This document shows, in pieces, positions 1 through 9,033 of a stretch of DNA of 64,000 nucleotides. A model generated the notes under the pieces. The model saw only the letters and a program-made list of their open reading frames with translations, did not search any database and was not told the origin of the DNA. The stretch lies in contig JBKAGE010000075.1 of the NCBI GenBank assembly GCA_046290225.1, positions 224,001 through 288,000 on the forward strand, given 5' to 3'. The number at the start of each line of letters is the position of its first letter. The first letter of the stretch is position 1. This DNA is from Bradymonadia bacterium (GTDB taxonomy: Bacteria; Myxococcota_A; Bradymonadia; UBA7976; UBA1532). The position numbers and the translations under genes are program-made.

Positions 1-335
1 TCTTCAACGCCCGCACAGGGACCATCGTCATCGGCCAGGAGGTCCGGGTGCGGTCCGTCGCCGTGGCCCACGGCAACCTCACCGTGACCATCAAGGTGGA
101 CGAGCGGGCCATCCCCGCAGGTGTGGCCACACCGGGTCGTACCGTGAAGACCCGCAACGCCAAATTGAAGGTGAGAGAGCAACCCGGCGGCCTGCGCGTT
201 GTGGCGCCAGGGGTCACCCTCAATGAACTGGTGAGCTCCCTCAACAGCCTCGGGGCCAGCCCCAGAGATCTGGTGAGCATCCTCCAGGCCATCGATCAGG
301 CCGGGGCCCTGGATGCCACGCTGGAGATCCTCTGA
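1..335 (+). CDS. flgI: Flagellar P-ring protein FlgI, C-terminal part (5' end outside window)
   Basis: Frame is open from position 3: FNARTGTIVIGQEVRVRSVAVAHGNLTVTI...LNSLGASPRDLVSILQAIDQAGALDATLEIL, the typical FlgI C-terminus. Stop overlaps the next ATG (TGATG). Confidence 0.93.
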   Translation, partial: FNARTGTIVIGQEVRVRSVAVAHGNLTVTIKVDERAIPAGVATPGRTVKTRNAKLKVREQPGGLRVVAPGVTLNELVSSLNSLGASPRDLVSILQAIDQAGALDATLEIL

Positions 336-1342
336 TGGATCCCACCGCCGCAGCCCATTTGAAGGCGCAGACCGCTCAACGCCCGGAACAGGCCCTGGCC
401 CGGAAGGCCGGCGGTGGTGACGAGACGTTGAAGGCCGCGGCGGCCCAGTTCGAGGCGCTGATGATGCATCAGATGCTCAAATCGATGCGGCAGACGGTGC
501 AGCTCGGCGAAGGGCAGGGGGGCGGCAACGAGCCCAGCTTCGCCCGCAAGATGTACACCGAGCTGCTCGACGAAGAGTACGCCCAGATCGCCGGTAAGCA
601 GGGTGGTCTGGGTCTCGCCGAGTTGATCGTCTCCCAGCTCGGCGGCGATTCGGCCCCTGCAATGGGAGCGAAGCTGCCTGCTCAGCGCATCGGGCCCAAC
701 CCCATGGGGCCGCAGGTCCCGGCGTCCAGCGTCGAGGTTGCGAGTGCGGCGAAGAAGACCGCCGGCGCTCGCCCTGTGCAGCTGGGTGAAGACAGCCCCT
801 ATGTGCATCGTGGCCAGACCATGACCATGCCCGCCACCGGGCGGCTCAGCAGCCACTTCGGCCCTCGCCGACTGCACGGTGGCCCCAAGAGGCATCACAA
901 GGGTCTCGACATCGCTGCCCCCACGGGGCGCCCAATCGGCGCAGCGTTGCCGGGCAAGGTGGCCTTCGCTGGCACCCTCAAGGGTTACGGCAAGGTGGTC
1001 TACCTCGACCACGGCGATGGCCTGACGACGCGTTATGCCCACGCCAGCGCCCTGGAGGTGAAGGCTGGTGACGAGGTGGCCCAGGGCCAGACCATCGCCG
1101 CTGTGGGCAGCACCGGGCGAAGCACCGGCCCGCACCTGCACTTCGAGGTGCGGCGCAACGGCAAAGCCGAAGATCCGCTGCCCTGGCTGGGGCTCTCCCG
1201 AGCCGATCGCCATGTGCACGTACACGATCACGCAGAAGAACGGCCCCTCGAGGGCCACTCACACGAGGAGGAAGAGGCGAAGGCGCAATCACGCGCAGAG
1301 TTGACCCGGCTTGATAAGCTGGCACCCTTGATCACACCTTAA
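335..1342 (+). CDS. flgJ: FlgJ-like rod-binding domain fused to M23 metallopeptidase
   Basis: N-terminal LKAAAAQFEALMMHQMLKSMR...YTELLDEEYAQ...GLGLAELIVSQL (rod-binding domain). C-terminal HKGLDIAAPTG (HxxxD), YAH and STGPHLHFEVR (HxH) M23 motifs. Occupies the flgJ position after flgI. Confidence 0.85.
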   Translation: MDPTAAAHLKAQTAQRPEQALARKAGGGDETLKAAAAQFEALMMHQMLKSMRQTVQLGEGQGGGNEPSFARKMYTELLDEEYAQIAGKQGGLGLAELIVSQLGGDSAPAMGAKLPAQRIGPNPMGPQVPASSVEVASAAKKTAGARPVQLGEDSPYVHRGQTMTMPATGRLSSHFGPRRLHGGPKRHHKGLDIAAPTGRPIGAALPGKVAFAGTLKGYGKVVYLDHGDGLTTRYAHASALEVKAGDEVAQGQTIAAVGSTGRSTGPHLHFEVRRNGKAEDPLPWLGLSRADRHVHVHDHAEERPLEGHSHEEEEAKAQSRAELTRLDKLAPLITP

Positions 1343-1391
1343 CCCCGCGCGGTATTTTTGAGGGGCGCTGAAGATTTTGTGAAAAAAGTCT

Positions 1392-1418
1392 TCAAGTCCC
1401 GGAAAAGGCCGACGATGT
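1392..1418 (+). promoter_or_regulatory. Sigma28 (FliA)-like promoter for flgM operon
   Basis: TCAAG-N14-GACGATGT preceded by an A-tract. The same motif recurs upstream of fliS and variants occur upstream of the flagellins. Confidence 0.7.
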
Positions 1419-1466
1419 GTGGGTTGAAACGACTACAGCCACCACGGTGGTTGACGAGGTGTAAAG

Positions 1467-1799
1467 ATGGCCATTCGGATCGGCGGATATGGACCTGCAG
1501 AGCAGGCTGAGCGTGCCCGGTCCCGTTCTGCCGCCAAAGCAAAAGGCGGCAAGGGCGAGGCCCTCGGGTCGAAAGACGCCCCGGCGGCCAAGGGTGCTGC
1601 GACTGGCATGGACACGGTGAAGCTTCAGGGGAACAGCGCTGCGGTGAACACCGTGCGCGAGGCCACGGACGGCCTCTCTGAAGTCGACGCCGCCAAGGTG
1701 GCCGAGCTCAAGGCGGCCATCAAAGAGGGACGCTACGAGGTGAACCCCGACGCCATCGCTTCGGCGATGGTGGACGAGGCCACGGAGCTCGAGGGCTGA
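1467..1799 (+). CDS. flgM: Anti-sigma28 factor FlgM
   Basis: C-terminal DAAKVAELKAAIKEGRYEVNPDAIASAM motif, small size and position. Confidence 0.92.
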   Translation: MAIRIGGYGPAEQAERARSRSAAKAKGGKGEALGSKDAPAAKGAATGMDTVKLQGNSAAVNTVREATDGLSEVDAAKVAELKAAIKEGRYEVNPDAIASAMVDEATELEG

Positions 1800-1887
1800 A
1801 CTCACCGTTGATGGTCACGGTACCTGCTGTGGCCTCGACGAAACTCTGCACAACATCGCGACTTCGCCTCCCTGAGCAGGAGGCGAG

Positions 1888-2448
1888 ATGCACACCGAAC
1901 ACGCCAGGCAGCGTTCCGACGCTTCGAGGACGCCCCACGAGGGTGCACCGCTCGACCCCCTCGAGCAGGCCCTCGCCGCATTGCTCGACCACCTGATCGA
2001 TGAAGAGGCCGCCCTGAGCAGGATGGCCCAGGCCCTCGCCGAAGAGCAGCGCGCGCTCAGGCATCTCGATCAGGGCATCCTCAGAGCTGCGCTCATCGAA
2101 AAGAAGGTGGTGGCCAACGCCCAGAAGGTGTTGGAGCAGACCCGGGCGATGCGCATGGATCAGGTGATCACGGCGCTCCCCACCTCGGCGCAGTCGCGAT
2201 CGCTCTCGGCCATCATCAAGGCCGTCGAGGAGCCCTGGTGCTCTCAGCTCAGCGAGATCAGGCATCAAATCAGACGACGTCTTGGCGAAGTGCAGCGCAT
2301 GCACGAGGCCAACAAGGCCCTGGCGACGACCGGTCAGAAGACCGTGGCCCGGGCGCTGGAGCACCTCGGCCGCCGGTCCGGGGGCACCTATGGCGCCTCC
2401 GGGCGACGTCAGCCTGCGCGGCCGCCTCGGGCCGTCACCGTGTCCTGA
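1888..2448 (+). CDS. flgN: Flagellar export chaperone FlgN
   Basis: Helical 186-aa protein between flgM and flgK, with ...EANKAL... and the C-terminal TYGASG motif typical of FlgN. Confidence 0.75.
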   Translation: MHTEHARQRSDASRTPHEGAPLDPLEQALAALLDHLIDEEAALSRMAQALAEEQRALRHLDQGILRAALIEKKVVANAQKVLEQTRAMRMDQVITALPTSAQSRSLSAIIKAVEEPWCSQLSEIRHQIRRRLGEVQRMHEANKALATTGQKTVARALEHLGRRSGGTYGASGRRQPARPPRAVTVS

Positions 2449-2457
2449 GGAGTCTGT

Positions 2458-3867
2458 ATGAGTTTGTTTCGCACCCTGGGCATCGGCCACTCGGGCATGC
2501 AGTCCAGCCAGACGGGCCTCAACAACACGGGTCACAACATCGCCAACGCCGGCGTCGAGGGTTTCACCCGGCGCAAGACCGTGCTGGGGATCCAGGAGCC
2601 TCAACGCTACGGCGGCCAGTGGATGGGCCGAGGCAGCAGGGTGGACAACATTCTGCGCAGCTACGACAGCTTCCTCGACGCTCAGGTGCGCCGGGACAAG
2701 AGCGCCTACGCCTACCTCGACGCTCGCGGGCGAACGCTCAACGCCGTGGAGCGGCTGTTCGAAACTGAGGGGGCCAACGACATCGGCGCCCGGATGAGCA
2801 GCTTCTTCAACGCCGCTCGATCTCTGAGCGAGCAGGCCGACGACAACGCCGCTCGCCGAGAATTGCTCCTCGCCGCGGAGCAGACCGCCCTGGCGTTTCG
2901 CAACCTCGACGGCGATCTGCAGAGCATGCAGGGCACCATCGATCGCGAGATCAGCGCCAAGGTGGACGAGATCAACACCCTCACCGGCATCGTCTCGGCT
3001 CTGAACCCCCGCATCGCCGGGGGCGAGCTCGACGAGCAGGAGGCTGCTGATCTGCGCGACCAGCGGGATCAGGCCTTGCGGCGTCTGAGCGAGCTGGTGC
3101 AGGTGAACATCATCACCGAGCCCAGCGGCATGACCTCGGTCCGCCTCGCCAGCGGTGATCTGCTCGTCGACAAGTCTGATCAATTCACCCTGGCCACCTC
3201 GCCAGATCCCGACAACAACGGCCTCATGGCCGTGCAGGTGGTGAACCGGCGTGGTGGAGCGCGCAACGTGACCAGCGCCCTGGGCCAGGGCGAGCTCGGT
3301 GGCCTCGTGAGCGTGCGAGACGACGACATCCCCCAGTGGCGCGCCACCCTCGACCAGCTGGCCTTCAGCTTCGCCACGGCAGTGAATGCCGCCCACCAGG
3401 GCGGTGTGGGCCTCGATGGCGTCGGTGGCAGGGACATCTTCACCGGCGTGGCCGATGTGCAGGGCGCCGCCAGCACCATCGCCGTGGATCCCGACATGCT
3501 GGCCAACCCTGATCGCGTCGCCGCCGCAGCCGATGGGCTGGGCCTGCCTCAAGGGAACACGAATGCCCTGGCCATGGCCGATCTCGACAGCGCCGAGCTG
3601 GCCGATCTCGGCGGAGTGAACGTCCGGGAGGCCTTTGGTGAGCTCGTGTACGCCGTGGGCCGTACCACCGCCGACAATGAAGAGCTGATGAACCGCAAAG
3701 CCGTCGAGGCGGAGCAATCTCAGAGCCTCTTCGACTCGGTGACGGGGGTGAGCATCGACGACGAGATGATCGAGTTGACCAAGTATCAGCGTCACTTCGA
3801 GGCCAGCGCCCGGGTCATCACCACGGTGGACCAGCTGCTCGACTCTGTCCTCGCCCTCGTGGGGTGA
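2458..3867 (+). CDS. flgK: Hook-associated protein FlgK (HAP1)
   Basis: SGMQSSQTGLNNTGHNIANAGVEGFTR N-terminus, LRDQRDQ, and SVTGVSIDDEMIELTKYQRHFEASARVI C-terminus. Confidence 0.96.
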   Translation: MSLFRTLGIGHSGMQSSQTGLNNTGHNIANAGVEGFTRRKTVLGIQEPQRYGGQWMGRGSRVDNILRSYDSFLDAQVRRDKSAYAYLDARGRTLNAVERLFETEGANDIGARMSSFFNAARSLSEQADDNAARRELLLAAEQTALAFRNLDGDLQSMQGTIDREISAKVDEINTLTGIVSALNPRIAGGELDEQEAADLRDQRDQALRRLSELVQVNIITEPSGMTSVRLASGDLLVDKSDQFTLATSPDPDNNGLMAVQVVNRRGGARNVTSALGQGELGGLVSVRDDDIPQWRATLDQLAFSFATAVNAAHQGGVGLDGVGGRDIFTGVADVQGAASTIAVDPDMLANPDRVAAAADGLGLPQGNTNALAMADLDSAELADLGGVNVREAFGELVYAVGRTTADNEELMNRKAVEAEQSQSLFDSVTGVSIDDEMIELTKYQRHFEASARVITTVDQLLDSVLALVG

Positions 3868-3910
3868 GCCTGGAAGGGGGGCCGAACTGGCCCTCTGAAG
3901 ATGTTTCTTC

Positions 3911-3938
3911 TCATGTCACCGGCCGCATAAGCCGATGT
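3911..3938 (+). promoter_or_regulatory. Possible sigma28-like promoter for flgL-csrA-fliW
   Basis: TCATG-N15-GCCGATGT in the 160-bp flgK-flgL gap; spacer is one base longer than in the other four copies. Confidence 0.5.
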
Positions 3939-4028
3939 CTGGGGAGCTTGCCAATGCGCCGCCTCTTCGAGATCGCCTTCACATGAAGGCCAAACGAAGC
4001 GGCGGATAGGGATTTCGGGGAAAACTGC

Positions 4029-4916
4029 ATGCGAGTGTCCGAGCGCAACCGGTTCGAATCACCTCGACGACGTCTCGAGATGCTTCGCAGCCGCATGAAC
4101 GACGCCAGCGACGAGGTGAGCACCGGTCTCAGGGTTCGCCGACCCTCTGACGACCCCCTGGCGGCGAAGCGTCTGCACGATCTCGATCTGCGCATCAGCC
4201 GCCTCGATGGCCACATGCGATCCGCTGAGCGGGTGGACAACCGCCTACGAGAAACCGATGGCGTGCTCGAAGAGGTGATCTCCCTCCTCGACGAGGTGAA
4301 GTCTCTCGGTCTGCGGGGGGCCAACGATACGAACAACGCCGAAGATCGAGCCCTCATCGCCGAGGAGATCAGCAGCCTGATTACGCAGGTGGCCGATCTG
4401 GCCAACACCCGCGATGCCGACGGCTTCCTCTTTACAGGGGCTCTGGGTGACGTAGCCCCCGTGGACGATGCGCTCAACGTCAAGAACGACGATCGGGCCT
4501 TGAGCGTCGAGGTGGGGGAGGGGGTTCGCGTACAGGAAGGTGTGCTGGCGGCGACCATCTTCGGAGATGGCACGCCGGCGACGATTCAGGTCTTCGACAC
4601 CCTCGTGGCCCTGAGAGATGCCGTGGCCAACGGGGATCAGGGCGGACTCGACACCGCCCTCGCCGACATGGACACAGCGACGGAGCAGGTCATCGACGCC
4701 CGGGGCACTGCAGGCATCATCCTCGGTCGCCTGGAAGGTGCCATGACCGTGAACGACCGCTTGCAGGCCTCTCTCCCGCTGGAGCGGGCCAGCCTGGTGG
4801 AGGCTGACTTCGTTGAGGCGGTGAACGAGCTCTCCCGTGCGGAGAGCATGTTCCAAGCCAGCCTCGCCGCCTCGGGGCGGACCGTGGGTGGATCCACGTT
4901 GCTCGACTATCTGTGA
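4029..4916 (+). CDS. flgL: Hook-associated protein FlgL (HAP3)
   Basis: STGLRVRRPSDDP, GANDT, LANTRD..FLFTG and C-terminal STLLDYL; follows flgK. Confidence 0.93.
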   Translation: MRVSERNRFESPRRRLEMLRSRMNDASDEVSTGLRVRRPSDDPLAAKRLHDLDLRISRLDGHMRSAERVDNRLRETDGVLEEVISLLDEVKSLGLRGANDTNNAEDRALIAEEISSLITQVADLANTRDADGFLFTGALGDVAPVDDALNVKNDDRALSVEVGEGVRVQEGVLAATIFGDGTPATIQVFDTLVALRDAVANGDQGGLDTALADMDTATEQVIDARGTAGIILGRLEGAMTVNDRLQASLPLERASLVEADFVEAVNELSRAESMFQASLAASGRTVGGSTLLDYL

Positions 4917-4974
4917 CAGCTCGGGACTCCCCCGGAGCTGAAGACGGCGCCAGGAGGCGCCAGGGAGGGGCGTC

Positions 4975-5391
4975 GTGCTGACGCTGACGCGCAAAATCGG
5001 CGAGGCCCTGTGCATCGGCGATGACATCAAAGTGGTGGTGAAGGAGATCCGAGGCAAGCAAGTGCGCCTCGGCATCCAGGCCCCCACGGAGATCTACGTC
5101 TGCCGTGAAGAACTCTACCGCAAGATTCACACCGCCAACGTGATGGCCGCCGCCGGGGCCACAGACAAACTCGACAAACTCGACGTGCTCGGGGGGCTCT
5201 TCGCCAGGCCCTCAGGCAAGGTGGCCCAGCGCGACCCGTCGAACGCTCAAGGATCCAGGCGCAATGGACAACATGCCGCTGCCCATGACACCGAGCAGGA
5301 CTCGACCGCACCACAGAGCACCGAGAATGGACAGCGAGAGGCCTCGAAGCCCGACGCCGCTGGCCAGGAGGAGCAGAGCAATGCGGGTTGA
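4975..5391 (+). CDS. csrA: Carbon storage regulator CsrA with C-terminal extension
   Basis: MLTLTRKIGEALCIGDDIKVVV...QVRLGIQAP.EI.V.REELY..I..AN; GTG start; adjacent to fliW. Confidence 0.93.
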   Translation: MLTLTRKIGEALCIGDDIKVVVKEIRGKQVRLGIQAPTEIYVCREELYRKIHTANVMAAAGATDKLDKLDVLGGLFARPSGKVAQRDPSNAQGSRRNGQHAAAHDTEQDSTAPQSTENGQREASKPDAAGQEEQSNAG

Positions 5392-5866
5392 GACCTCGAG
5401 GTTCGGGGTCCTCGACATCAACCCCGAGGCGCTGTTCACGTTCCCCATGGGTTTGCTGGGGTTCTCGCGGCACAAGAAGTTCGTGGTCCTCGATCATCGG
5501 GAGGACAGCCCCTTCAAGTGGCTCCAGAGCGCTGAAGACGGTGATCTGGCCTTCATCATCAGCGATCCGCTGTTCTTCAAGCCCGACTATCACATCAATG
5601 TGAGGCGGGGAGAGATCTCCGTCATCGATCCCGAAGACGCCGATGATCTGGTGGTCTCGGTCATCATGACCGTGCCCGATGACCCACATCAGCTGAGCGC
5701 CAACCTCATGGCCCCCCTCGTGTTCAACATGGTCAATCGCCGGGGCATGCAGCTGGTGCTTCATGATCAGCGCTATCCCGTCCGATACAAGGTATTGCCC
5801 GAAGGGGCATCACCGACGGAGATCCCGATGCACGAGCCGGCCATCCGGTCCATCTCGATCAGCTGA
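5381..5866 (+). CDS. fliW: Flagellar assembly factor FliW (CsrA antagonist)
   Basis: MRVETSRFG...FPMGLLGF...PFKWLQS...DPLFFKPDY...SANLMAPLVFN...QLVL. Start re-assigned to ATG 5381 after GGAGGAG. Confidence 0.94.
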   Translation: MRVETSRFGVLDINPEALFTFPMGLLGFSRHKKFVVLDHREDSPFKWLQSAEDGDLAFIISDPLFFKPDYHINVRRGEISVIDPEDADDLVVSVIMTVPDDPHQLSANLMAPLVFNMVNRRGMQLVLHDQRYPVRYKVLPEGASPTEIPMHEPAIRSISIS

Positions 5867-5875
5867 AAGGCCACC

Positions 5876-8800
5876 ATGGCGCCACCGAGACCCGAGCCGT
5901 TTGTCCCGGCAGGGGTGGTGGGCCCGGGTCCCGACGAGCAGGCGGTGGCGGCCTGGTTGAGGGCCCTCGCCCGTGAAGCCGCTCCAGAGGCCTGGGGGCC
6001 TCAGAGTACACCTGCACCGCCGACGGCCCTGGGGCCCGTCGAGCTGAGTCCGGAGGCCGAGGGGGCCGCGGGCACCCTCAACCCCTACGCTGAGGCGTTC
6101 TACCGCGACGCGATGGTGGCAGTGGCCAAGCCCACCGTGGGCATCGAGTCTCGCCACGCAGAGCTGTACGCCCTGCTCAGCAGAAACATCCAGCGCTACC
6201 TCACGTACTCGCGCATGCGCCTGAGCTACATCTACGAGGTGTTGCGCGGTCGGGATCGGGTCACCTTCTCGGTGATCCCGTTCTTGCTGCACGTGAACAT
6301 GCCGACCCTACCGGGGTACGTCACCGCCACCCGGGACGATCCTGCCCCCCATGGCATCAGCGGCTTCGATCTCAACGACACCATCCGACTCGCCGTGGGA
6401 GAGCTGTTCCCCGAGGTCTCCCGGCGCATGCCTGCTTTCTTGAAGCCGGTGATCAAGGCGCTGCTGGTCATGGGCAGCGTGGGCACCATCGGTCACACCG
6501 GCTCGAGCGACATCGACTACTGGGTGGTCATCGACGAGTCACAGCTCAAGCCCGGTGATCTCGAGCGCCTGCAGCAGAAGATCCGCGGCGTGGAGCAGTG
6601 GGCCAACCGCCGTGGTCTCGAGGTGCACTTCTTCATCGTCGACACCGAGCGGGCCCGGCGAAACGACTTCGGCCTCGCCGTGGACGACGCCGAGTCCTCG
6701 GGGAGCGCCCAAGGGCAGCTGCTCAAAGAAGAGTTCTATCGCACCGCCCTCTTCATCCAGGGGCAGCTGCCTTTCTGGTGGGTGGTGCCCATCGGGGTGG
6801 CGCAGAAAGAATATGACCGCCTCGAGAAACGCATCGCCGACAAGCCGCTGTCACCTGCGGTGGGTTTCGTCGATCTGGGCAACGTAGGGCAGCTCGATCG
6901 ACGTGAGTTCTTCGGCGCCGCGCTATGGCAGATCAACAAGGCCCTGAAGAGCCCCTTCAAGAGCCTGCTCAAGATGGCCTTGCTCGCCCGCTACATGGAG
7001 GACGATCACCCCGAGCTGCTGTGTGACACGCTCAAGCGTCGGGTCTTCGAGGGGGAGCGGTCACCACAGTACACCGATCCGTACGTGCTGCTCTTCGACG
7101 CCATCACCGAGCACTTCGCCCGACAGGGTGACTGGCGGGCGTTCTGTCTGGTGCAGACCTGCTTCTATCTCAAGGTGGGCCTCAAGCTCAGCCGCGAGGT
7201 CCCCGAGAAGAGCCGGTTCATCCAGCGGTTCAAGGTCATGCGGGCCTACGTGCTGCGGTGGGGGTGGGACAAGGCCTTGCTGAGCGATCTCGACGGCATC
7301 GACAAGTGGAGCGCCGAGCGGGTGGACCACCTCGGGCTGTCGATCCGGGCCTTCATGCTGGGCATCTATCGCGCCCTCATCGAGCGGATGGAGGCCGACG
7401 CCCACACGCCGGCCATCGAGCGGGAAGACGTCACCTTGCTCGGTCGACGCCTCTTCGCCTGTTTCGCCGACGAGTCGGGCAAGATTCATCACCTCTACAC
7501 CTACTTCCTCAAAGAGCTGGTGCCCGAGGAGCGGATCACCGTGCTCGAGGTGCCCGACAACACCCACATCTGCCGGTGGGAGGTACACCGCCGTCTCGAT
7601 CGGGACGGTCTCGTGGGCCGCGGTGAGCCAGTACGGGCCGGATCTGATCTGGCAGAGATCGCCGCCTGGCTGTGCTTCAACGGTCTCTTTGGCCGGGGAT
7701 CGACGGTGAGCCTGCTCACCCGCCACAGCCGCATCACCAACAACGACTTCCACACCATGCTCACCCGCTTCGAGGGTCACTTCGCGCGGCCTGATCCCTT
7801 CAGCCTGCCCACCCGGCAGCTGCTTGAGGGTCGCCGCGTGGTGGGGTCGATGCTGGTCATCAACTTCGACGAGCGATCTTTGAAGTGGGCCCAGGAAGAG
7901 CAGGGAGAGACGGTGTACATCCCTGCGAACTGGGATGTGCTCAACTACGGCCGCAAGCGAGAGAGTCTCGTGCGCCATGTGGCCCTCATCACCCTCAACA
8001 GCTGGGGGGAGATGTTCTGTGTGCGTCACGACGGCACCCACGCCCTCACCAATGCGCTGAGCGATCTCTTCGGCCGCATGTCCGATCTCCCGCGGGCCAC
8101 CCGCCCCGAGATTTTGGTGCCTCAAGGCCACAAAATGCAGGCGGTGAAGAGCCGCCTCGCGCGCTTGATGGGCACGATGGAGCAGATGTGGATCGACGAT
8201 GTCGAGGATCGTGTCGAGCGGGTCTTCGTCTACGAGTCCGCGGGCAAATTCCAGATCTTCAGGCGGCGCAGCCAGCAGGGCTGGGTGATCAACGCCGAGG
8301 ATCTCTCAGGTGTGGTGCGGCAGCTCGGGCGCTCGGGTCCGCAGAAGCTGGAGCCAGTGATCGATCACCTCTCGGTGCCCCTCGGCGATCTGCGTACGCT
8401 CGTAGAAAAGCGCAGCCGGGATCGTGAGAGCTTGATCTATCTGGCCTGGCGTCGCGGTGAGCGCGAGTCGGTGATCTACACCTACGACGAGCAGCACAAG
8501 TTCCACCTGACGCGTTGTAGCCACCGTGCCCTCGAAGACACCCTCGCCGATCTGGTGCGCAAGGCCACCTGGCACCTCAAGGGTCGAGTACAAGACGCCC
8601 GTGGCTTGTGGCGGGCGGTCCGCGTGTACGAGCTCAGAGATGGCAGGGTGCTCGATCAACCGACCACCTTGAGAGACGACACCGGCCGCGCCTTTCAGAG
8701 CATGGTGAAGAATCAGCCCCAGGGATCACAGCTGTGGCTCAAGGGTGATCTGCGTCAGGGCCGCATGGGCGTCAGCCTCAAATGGGGTCGGGATGTCTTC

Positions 8801-9031
8801 AGCCCCAGGCGGCTCGGCTCGGCCTTCGTCTACTCGGTGGTGCGTCACATCCTCAAAGATCACACCCTCTACGAGACGGCCCCCTTCCTTCTCAAGGGCT
8901 CCGACGTACGTATGCCCTGGGGTGAGGCGGGCCTGGTGCAGCATCTGAGGCTGATGGAGATCTACCAACGCCGAATCCACCGCGAACTGTCGGCCTACCA
9001 GGGCACCCGCGGCCCCCAGCGCAGGAGCTGA
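5876..9031 (+). CDS. cyaA: Class I adenylate cyclase (CyaA-type), 1051 aa
   Basis: PFLLHVN...PGY, MGSVGTIGHTGSSDIDYWV (nucleotidyltransferase DxD motif), EVHFF, SSGSAQ..LLKEEFYRTA, FFGAALWQINKALKSPFKS, CFYLKV and NSWGE all match class I adenylate cyclases. Confidence 0.88.
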   Translation: MAPPRPEPFVPAGVVGPGPDEQAVAAWLRALAREAAPEAWGPQSTPAPPTALGPVELSPEAEGAAGTLNPYAEAFYRDAMVAVAKPTVGIESRHAELYALLSRNIQRYLTYSRMRLSYIYEVLRGRDRVTFSVIPFLLHVNMPTLPGYVTATRDDPAPHGISGFDLNDTIRLAVGELFPEVSRRMPAFLKPVIKALLVMGSVGTIGHTGSSDIDYWVVIDESQLKPGDLERLQQKIRGVEQWANRRGLEVHFFIVDTERARRNDFGLAVDDAESSGSAQGQLLKEEFYRTALFIQGQLPFWWVVPIGVAQKEYDRLEKRIADKPLSPAVGFVDLGNVGQLDRREFFGAALWQINKALKSPFKSLLKMALLARYMEDDHPELLCDTLKRRVFEGERSPQYTDPYVLLFDAITEHFARQGDWRAFCLVQTCFYLKVGLKLSREVPEKSRFIQRFKVMRAYVLRWGWDKALLSDLDGIDKWSAERVDHLGLSIRAFMLGIYRALIERMEADAHTPAIEREDVTLLGRRLFACFADESGKIHHLYTYFLKELVPEERITVLEVPDNTHICRWEVHRRLDRDGLVGRGEPVRAGSDLAEIAAWLCFNGLFGRGSTVSLLTRHSRITNNDFHTMLTRFEGHFARPDPFSLPTRQLLEGRRVVGSMLVINFDERSLKWAQEEQGETVYIPANWDVLNYGRKRESLVRHVALITLNSWGEMFCVRHDGTHALTNALSDLFGRMSDLPRATRPEILVPQGHKMQAVKSRLARLMGTMEQMWIDDVEDRVERVFVYESAGKFQIFRRRSQQGWVINAEDLSGVVRQLGRSGPQKLEPVIDHLSVPLGDLRTLVEKRSRDRESLIYLAWRRGERESVIYTYDEQHKFHLTRCSHRALEDTLADLVRKATWHLKGRVQDARGLWRAVRVYELRDGRVLDQPTTLRDDTGRAFQSMVKNQPQGSQLWLKGDLRQGRMGVSLKWGRDVFSPRRLGSAFVYSVVRHILKDHTLYETAPFLLKGSDVRMPWGEAGLVQHLRLMEIYQRRIHRELSAYQGTRGPQRRS

Positions 9032-9033
9032 GT

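Noticed and set aside
1720..3795. Long antisense ORFs (for example 1720-3795, 17465-19219, 23388-25115, most of 24792-27065, and 51231-52427)
   Set aside because: These are shadow frames opposite well-supported genes, expected from high-GC codon bias, and show no recognisable motifs.
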